Assembly (NCBI GenBank): GCA_964647995.1
Contig: CAZYNP010000032.1
Coordinates: 1-52,488 of the forward strand
Reading direction: 5' to 3'
Source of the DNA: an uncultured Cytophagia bacterium
Lineage (GTDB): Bacteria; Zhuqueibacterota; Zhuqueibacteria; Thermofontimicrobiales; Thermofontimicrobiaceae
Length of the DNA: 52,488 nucleotides
The position numbers and the translations under genes were made by a program. The notes beneath the pieces are model-generated. The model was not told the DNA's origin and ran no database searches. It was given only the letters and a program-made list of their open reading frames with translations. Below are positions 48,171-52,488 of the stretch, in pieces. Positions within the stretch are counted from its first letter, which is position 1. Each line of letters begins with the position of its first letter.

Positions 48171-48502
48171 GTTTTACCTGTTCGGGCAAATAATCCTTGC
48201 TTTTCTGAAATTCGATGATTATATTCTTTTCCCAATCTCCAACTTCGGGGGACGATTTACTTGCAAAAGATCTCCGAAACTTTTCCCAAATAGGTCGCTG
48301 GCAGGTGATCCATCGGCCGGTGCCATCACAAATAGATATCCTTTGGAGATGGGCCACAAGATAACATAAAAATTGGACCCGATGACAGCCAGGCGTTCAG
48401 GTTGAATGAGGCTCCATCGGCCAAAGCGCAATTCATCTGGTTCCGACAACAGAACAGTGATGATAGCCTGGACAACGGATAACTTTACGGTCTGAACTGA
48501 TA

Positions 48503-49696
48503 ATGCACTCAAAACGATTGTTACAATTTTTATTTTTAGCAATTATATCAGCCAATCCGATTTTCAAACCATACGGCGAGCTTCATGCTCAAAGTCTGGA
48601 GGGACAACCGAACCTGGTAGAGGTGGTAGCCCAGTTCGAAAAATTTGTTCAGGACACCATGTTGCAGGTCAACGCGCCGGGGGCTGCGGTCGCCGTGGTG
48701 AAAGATGACCGAATTATCTATTTGAAAGGCTTCGGCGTTCGTGAAATTGGCAAAGCAGAAGCCGTGGATATCCATACGGTGTTCCGCCTGGGTTCGGTAT
48801 CCAAGGGTTTTGCCGCAGTGCTAACCGGTGTTCTGGTCCAGGACGGCATTTTGAATTGGGATGACAAGATCATCGACTACTGTCCCGATTTCTCACTGAA
48901 AAGCACCCAGAGCACCCAGAATTTGACCATTCGTCACATTCTCAGCCATACCACGGGCCTGCCCCAGCACACCTTTACCGATCGTGTCGAAGCGCAGATC
49001 CCTTTTGATGAGATCGTGAGAGAACTCCGCAATGTTCAGCCCATCAGTCCGGTGGGCAAAGTGTACGCATATCAGAATGTGGCTTATAGTTTGATCGGAA
49101 ATGTGGTTTATGCGGCTACCGGCGAGACCTATCAGACGCTCGTCGAACAGCGAATTTTCGAGCCATTAGGAATGACCGATGCCTCACTGGGCCGAGAAGC
49201 CTTTCTGGCCGCCGACAACCGCGCTCTGCCGCACGTGCATCGCGCCTCAGGCTGGACGGTTACTGAAGTTAAAAATGCCTACTATTCCATTCCACCTGCC
49301 GCCGGCATCAACGCCAGCATTCTCGACATGGCCAAATGGCTGCGCGCAATTATGGGGGGAGCGCCGCAGGTGATTTCCCAGACAACCCTGCGCGCCATCA
49401 CGGAGCCGGTGGTCAGAACGCCTCAGGAGCGGCGCCGCCATCGATGGGGCGAACTGTTGAACGAGGCCTATTATGGCCTGGGTTGGCGGGTGTACGATTA
49501 TGGTGGCAAAAAATTGGTGTATCACGGTGGGTGGGTATCCGGTTATCGCTCAGAGATCGGCTTCCTCCAAGAAGACCGCATCGGGGTCGTGGTGCTGATG
49601 AATTTTGAAAATGCCATCTCCAGCTATTTTCTGCCCAAATTTTTTGAGCTCTATTCCAATTTGATTAGCGCCGAGCCTTATCATAGCAGTTATTGA
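48503..49696 (+). CDS. serine hydrolase, class C beta-lactamase / PBP4-like family, secreted
   Basis: Signal peptide present. 'FRLGSVSKGF' is the SxxK motif, 'YAYQNVAY' the YxN motif and 'YHGGWVSGY' the KTG-like HGG motif. Confidence 0.8.
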   Translation: MHSKRLLQFLFLAIISANPIFKPYGELHAQSLEGQPNLVEVVAQFEKFVQDTMLQVNAPGAAVAVVKDDRIIYLKGFGVREIGKAEAVDIHTVFRLGSVSKGFAAVLTGVLVQDGILNWDDKIIDYCPDFSLKSTQSTQNLTIRHILSHTTGLPQHTFTDRVEAQIPFDEIVRELRNVQPISPVGKVYAYQNVAYSLIGNVVYAATGETYQTLVEQRIFEPLGMTDASLGREAFLAADNRALPHVHRASGWTVTEVKNAYYSIPPAAGINASILDMAKWLRAIMGGAPQVISQTTLRAITEPVVRTPQERRRHRWGELLNEAYYGLGWRVYDYGGKKLVYHGGWVSGYRSEIGFLQEDRIGVVVLMNFENAISSYFLPKFFELYSNLISAEPYHSSY

Positions 49697-50040
49697 TCAC
49701 TGCCGCCGAGCAACATAACACCTATCGGCGGCAGCAATCGTCGTCCTCAGTAACCTTACCAATGATCTCCTGACGGGCTCGCCCCAACCGCAGTTGGTCG
49801 TTACATCAATTAGCCGCTAAATTGCAGGCTATTGATGGCGGTATGGGGAAAGCAATTTATTGGCCACCAAGACACCAGAGAACCAGCTCGGTCTGGCGTA
49901 GCTTGCAATATAGTGACGAAAATGAATTCAACAGCAGCCGATCCAGATCGTTTTTGCCTGCTCATCTTGATGGTTGCGTGCTTTCGTGGCTAATGTGCCG
50001 GCATAATCGGAAAGATCTGCCGAGCCATATCACGTTAAAG

Positions 50041-51519
50041 TTAGAAACGACCCAATGTTTCGAGTGCCCGTTCAGCCTCTTCAACGTCATTGAACCGAAT
50101 GGTTCGGTCTTTCAAGGTCTGCGTGGTTTCATGCCCTTTGCCTAACAGCATCACCACATCCCCTGGCTCGGCTTGATGAATTGCTTGCTCAATGGCTGCG
50201 CGGCGATCGATTATTTTCTCATACCGAAAACCATTCATCCCCGCAGCGATTTCAGCAATGATTTGCTCCGGTTTCTCATTTCGTGGATTGTCCGCCGTCA
50301 GGATAATGGCATCGCTGTAGCGCGCAGCCACAGCTCCCATAATCGGCCGCTTTTCCTTGTCCCGATCACCGCCGCAGCCAAAGACTGTAATGATGCGATG
50401 CGGCCGGAGACTTCTCGCCAGTTGCAATACCTTTTCCATGCCATCGGGTGTATGAGCATAATCCACCACTACGGAAAAAGGTTGTCCCTTATCCACCAGT
50501 TCCATCCGACCAGCCACGCGAATTTTCTTTTCCAGACCCGCCTTGATGTTCGCCAGGTCCAGCCCCTGAGAAACGGCCACTGCCACAGCACCCAGGCTAT
50601 TGTAGACATTAAACAAGCCGATCAATGACTGGTGAATATCGATCTCCCCCATAGGAGTGATCAGTCGATATCGGGTGCCTTTCAGCGATAAATCCACATT
50701 GATGGCCATCACATCGGCCGACCTGTTGATGCCATACGTCAGGGGATGCGCTTTCGTTGCTGTTAGAAACCGAGATGCGTGGTCATCGTCCACATTGACA
50801 ATGGCAAAATCGTTCGGTTCGAGCCAGGCGAACAGTTTCTGCTTGGTCTGCAGATAATTTTCCATCGTTTTATGATAATCCAGGTGGTCCTGCGTCAGGT
50901 TCGTGAACAGGGCCACATGATAGTGCACATCATGCACGCGATAGAAATCAATGCCATGGGAGGAAACTTCCATCACGCAATAGGCCACCTGCTGCTGGAC
51001 CATCTGCTGAAAGATCTCTTGCAAATCCGGCGGCTCAGGGGTAGTATCTTTGGATTGATGGATTTGGCCGTTGATTTTGTAATAGAGCGTGCCGATCAAT
51101 CCGACCCGATAGTGTTCCGCCAGGATACTTTCGATGATATGCGTGGTAGTGGTTTTGCCATTAGTACCGGTCACTCCGATCATCTTCATGTGACGGGAGG
51201 GAAAGCCATAAAATTGATGCGCCATCAATGCCAGGGCATAGCGAGAATTGGGTACAATCACTTTAACGATATGGCCCGGCACCGGCAGGTCACGCTGCAG
51301 CACGACGACAGTTGCGCCCGCCTGAACCGCGTTATGCACCTGATCATGTCCCTCCGGGATTTCAATTTTATCCAATTGAGTATACATATTGATGGCAACG
51401 AACATGTAGCCCGGCCGCACTCGCAACGGATCATAAACGATCCCGTTCACATTCACCTCATCTGGATTTCCATACACTTGCTTTTCCGGCAACGCTTCCA
51501 ACAAAGTAGTCAGTTTCAT
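50041..51519 (-). CDS. murE: UDP-N-acetylmuramoyl-L-alanyl-D-glutamate--2,6-diaminopimelate ligase (MurE), DAP-type
   Basis: 492 aa. The P-loop is 'GVTGTNGKTTTTHII'. 'VVDYAHTPDGMEKVL' and the DAP-specific 'TADNPRNE' (DNPR motif) are present. Confidence 0.8.
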   Translation of the reverse strand: MKLTTLLEALPEKQVYGNPDEVNVNGIVYDPLRVRPGYMFVAINMYTQLDKIEIPEGHDQVHNAVQAGATVVVLQRDLPVPGHIVKVIVPNSRYALALMAHQFYGFPSRHMKMIGVTGTNGKTTTTHIIESILAEHYRVGLIGTLYYKINGQIHQSKDTTPEPPDLQEIFQQMVQQQVAYCVMEVSSHGIDFYRVHDVHYHVALFTNLTQDHLDYHKTMENYLQTKQKLFAWLEPNDFAIVNVDDDHASRFLTATKAHPLTYGINRSADVMAINVDLSLKGTRYRLITPMGEIDIHQSLIGLFNVYNSLGAVAVAVSQGLDLANIKAGLEKKIRVAGRMELVDKGQPFSVVVDYAHTPDGMEKVLQLARSLRPHRIITVFGCGGDRDKEKRPIMGAVAARYSDAIILTADNPRNEKPEQIIAEIAAGMNGFRYEKIIDRRAAIEQAIHQAEPGDVVMLLGKGHETTQTLKDRTIRFNDVEEAERALETLGRF

Positions 51520-51540
51520 TTCATCCTCATTCAGTTTGAT

Positions 51541-51975
51541 TCATAATTGATAACTTGATATACATATTTTAGAAAACTCGATATAGTCCTTGCGCAAATC
51601 AAAGTCAGTCAAACGCTTTTGGGCGACAAATTCGCACAACAGGGCTTCGCCTTTCTGCCAGGCGTCAGTTTCAAATTGAACTTTCGCTTCGCCTTTATCC
51701 AACTCCATCTGCTGCGTGAACTCCTGCTCGCGGTCGTCGGCAGCCATTTCCAGCCATTGCAACAGATGCCCCGCCTCATGAAACAGCAAAAAAAGTGGCC
51801 GAGAAAAATCCGTTGTATTCGGATCATAAAAGAGCTGAATGGTCAACCGATCCTGTGCCGGCGGATAAAAGAAGGCCACCGCCGCTGATACTGGAATCAA
51901 TTGAATTGCCAGATTGGGAAATTTTTCCCAGCACAAAAAGGCCTTGGCCTCAAATAGCAGCGATCGATCAACCAT
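51541..51975 (-). CDS. small hypothetical protein with HExxH zinc-metallopeptidase-like motif
   Basis: 144 aa containing 'LFHEAGHLLQWLE'. No signal peptide. Immediately upstream of murE. Confidence 0.4.
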   Translation of the reverse strand: MVDRSLLFEAKAFLCWEKFPNLAIQLIPVSAAVAFFYPPAQDRLTIQLFYDPNTTDFSRPLFLLFHEAGHLLQWLEMAADDREQEFTQQMELDKGEAKVQFETDAWQKGEALLCEFVAQKRLTDFDLRKDYIEFSKICISSYQL

Positions 51976-52289
51976 GGTTTGGTCAATAAAAAGGATCCTG
52001 GATCAACTATCAAATCTGGCAGCACTCGGGAACAATCCGCCACCAGCGCAGTCAAAAGTTGGTACATCGTATCGAATTTAAAACGCCAAATTTAAGCAAT
52101 CGAAGTTTGGAAGTCAAGGTTTTTATTTGCCAACAGGAGAAATCGCAGCTATCGGCTATCGGCGACGGCCCTTCCGAATCCGAGTTAATGGACTCCCGCG
52201 GATCAATTTCCGCCAGGAAGTGAGCTCTCCGGTGGTACCTAAAATTTCAAAGAATTCGGCGACTTCCAATAACCGGTGACTTTAGTGAT

Positions 52290-52399
52290 GGTAAAAGATC
52301 AGTTATAGCTGGACTGACCGGTCGCTTAAAAATGGAGTGCTTCCAAAATCTCAAAAAGTTAAGCTACCGGTTAGTAGCTCTGTCCAGTCATAAGTGTGG
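52290..52399. repeat. copy B of the ~110-bp hairpin-forming repeat (tandem with copy C)
   Basis: Head-to-tail with the next copy. The arms are CTGGACTGACCGGTCGCTTAA and TTAAGCTACCGGTTAGTAGCTCTGTCCAG. Confidence 0.7.
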
Positions 52400-52488
52400 C
52401 AAAAGATCAAGTATAGCTGGACTGACCGGTCGTTTAAAAATGGAGTGCTTCCAAAATCTCAAAAAGTTAAGCTACCGGTTAGTAGCTC
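52400..52488. repeat. copy C of the ~110-bp repeat, truncated by the window edge
   Basis: Near-identical to copy B (3 substitutions over 89 bp). Confidence 0.7.

Overview
This 52.5-kb window looks like bacterial chromosomal DNA from an FCB-group organism (Bacteroidota or a relative), because two giant proteins end in T9SS type-A C-terminal sorting domains. Genes are dense on both strands and AGGAG-type ribosome-binding sites are clear. Working from one end:

- 494..3195: a YcbB/LdtD-type L,D-transpeptidase followed by a MepK/YcbK-like DUF882 peptidase, the same pair as E. coli ycbB-ycbK.
- 3297..11001: a DUF169 protein, a cytoplasmic trypsin-like protease flanked by zinc ribbons, and a stress-flavoured set (YbjN, TerB-like, C69 dipeptidase, membrane PP2C phosphatase, tandem-LEA_2 lipoprotein).
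- 11373..18064 on the minus strand: an operon of a Tat-signal 2Fe-2S subunit, a molybdopterin large subunit and an FAD subunit of a xanthine-dehydrogenase-family (PaoABC-like) enzyme, then a Nudix hydrolase, a URO-D-family protein and an alpha/beta hydrolase.
- 18726..21757: thioredoxin, then a Trp-codon-rich leader peptide with an alternative antiterminator/terminator structure upstream of a ParB-like gene and TrpB2.
- 21758..40298: a block that looks AT-richer than its flanks, starting with a very AT-rich ~390-bp region. It encodes an ECF sigma factor, a zf-HC2/TPR anti-sigma factor, a 2100-aa S8 subtilase with lectin-like and beta-propeller modules and a T9SS tail, a 1800-aa CARDB/cohesin/dockerin T9SS surface protein, and a secreted 1231-aa TPR-CHAT (caspase-like) protein. 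The 3' end of the S8 gene is interrupted by an in-frame TAG and a C5-homopolymer frameshift. I think this block is the most likely 'undescribed system': an ECF-controlled, T9SS-exported protease/cohesin-dockerin/CHAT module.
- 40563..51975: an SPFH protein, an AGCS Na+/alanine-glycine symporter with a candidate glycine riboswitch in its leader, RlmB, bacterioferritin, a PHP (YciV-like) phosphoesterase, a class-C beta-lactamase-like hydrolase, a stand-alone DAP-type MurE and a small HExxH protein.
- A ~110-bp hairpin-forming repeat occurs three times (48062..48170, and two tandem copies at 52290..52488 running into the window edge).

No rRNA, tRNA, CRISPR array, integrase or transposase was recognised.
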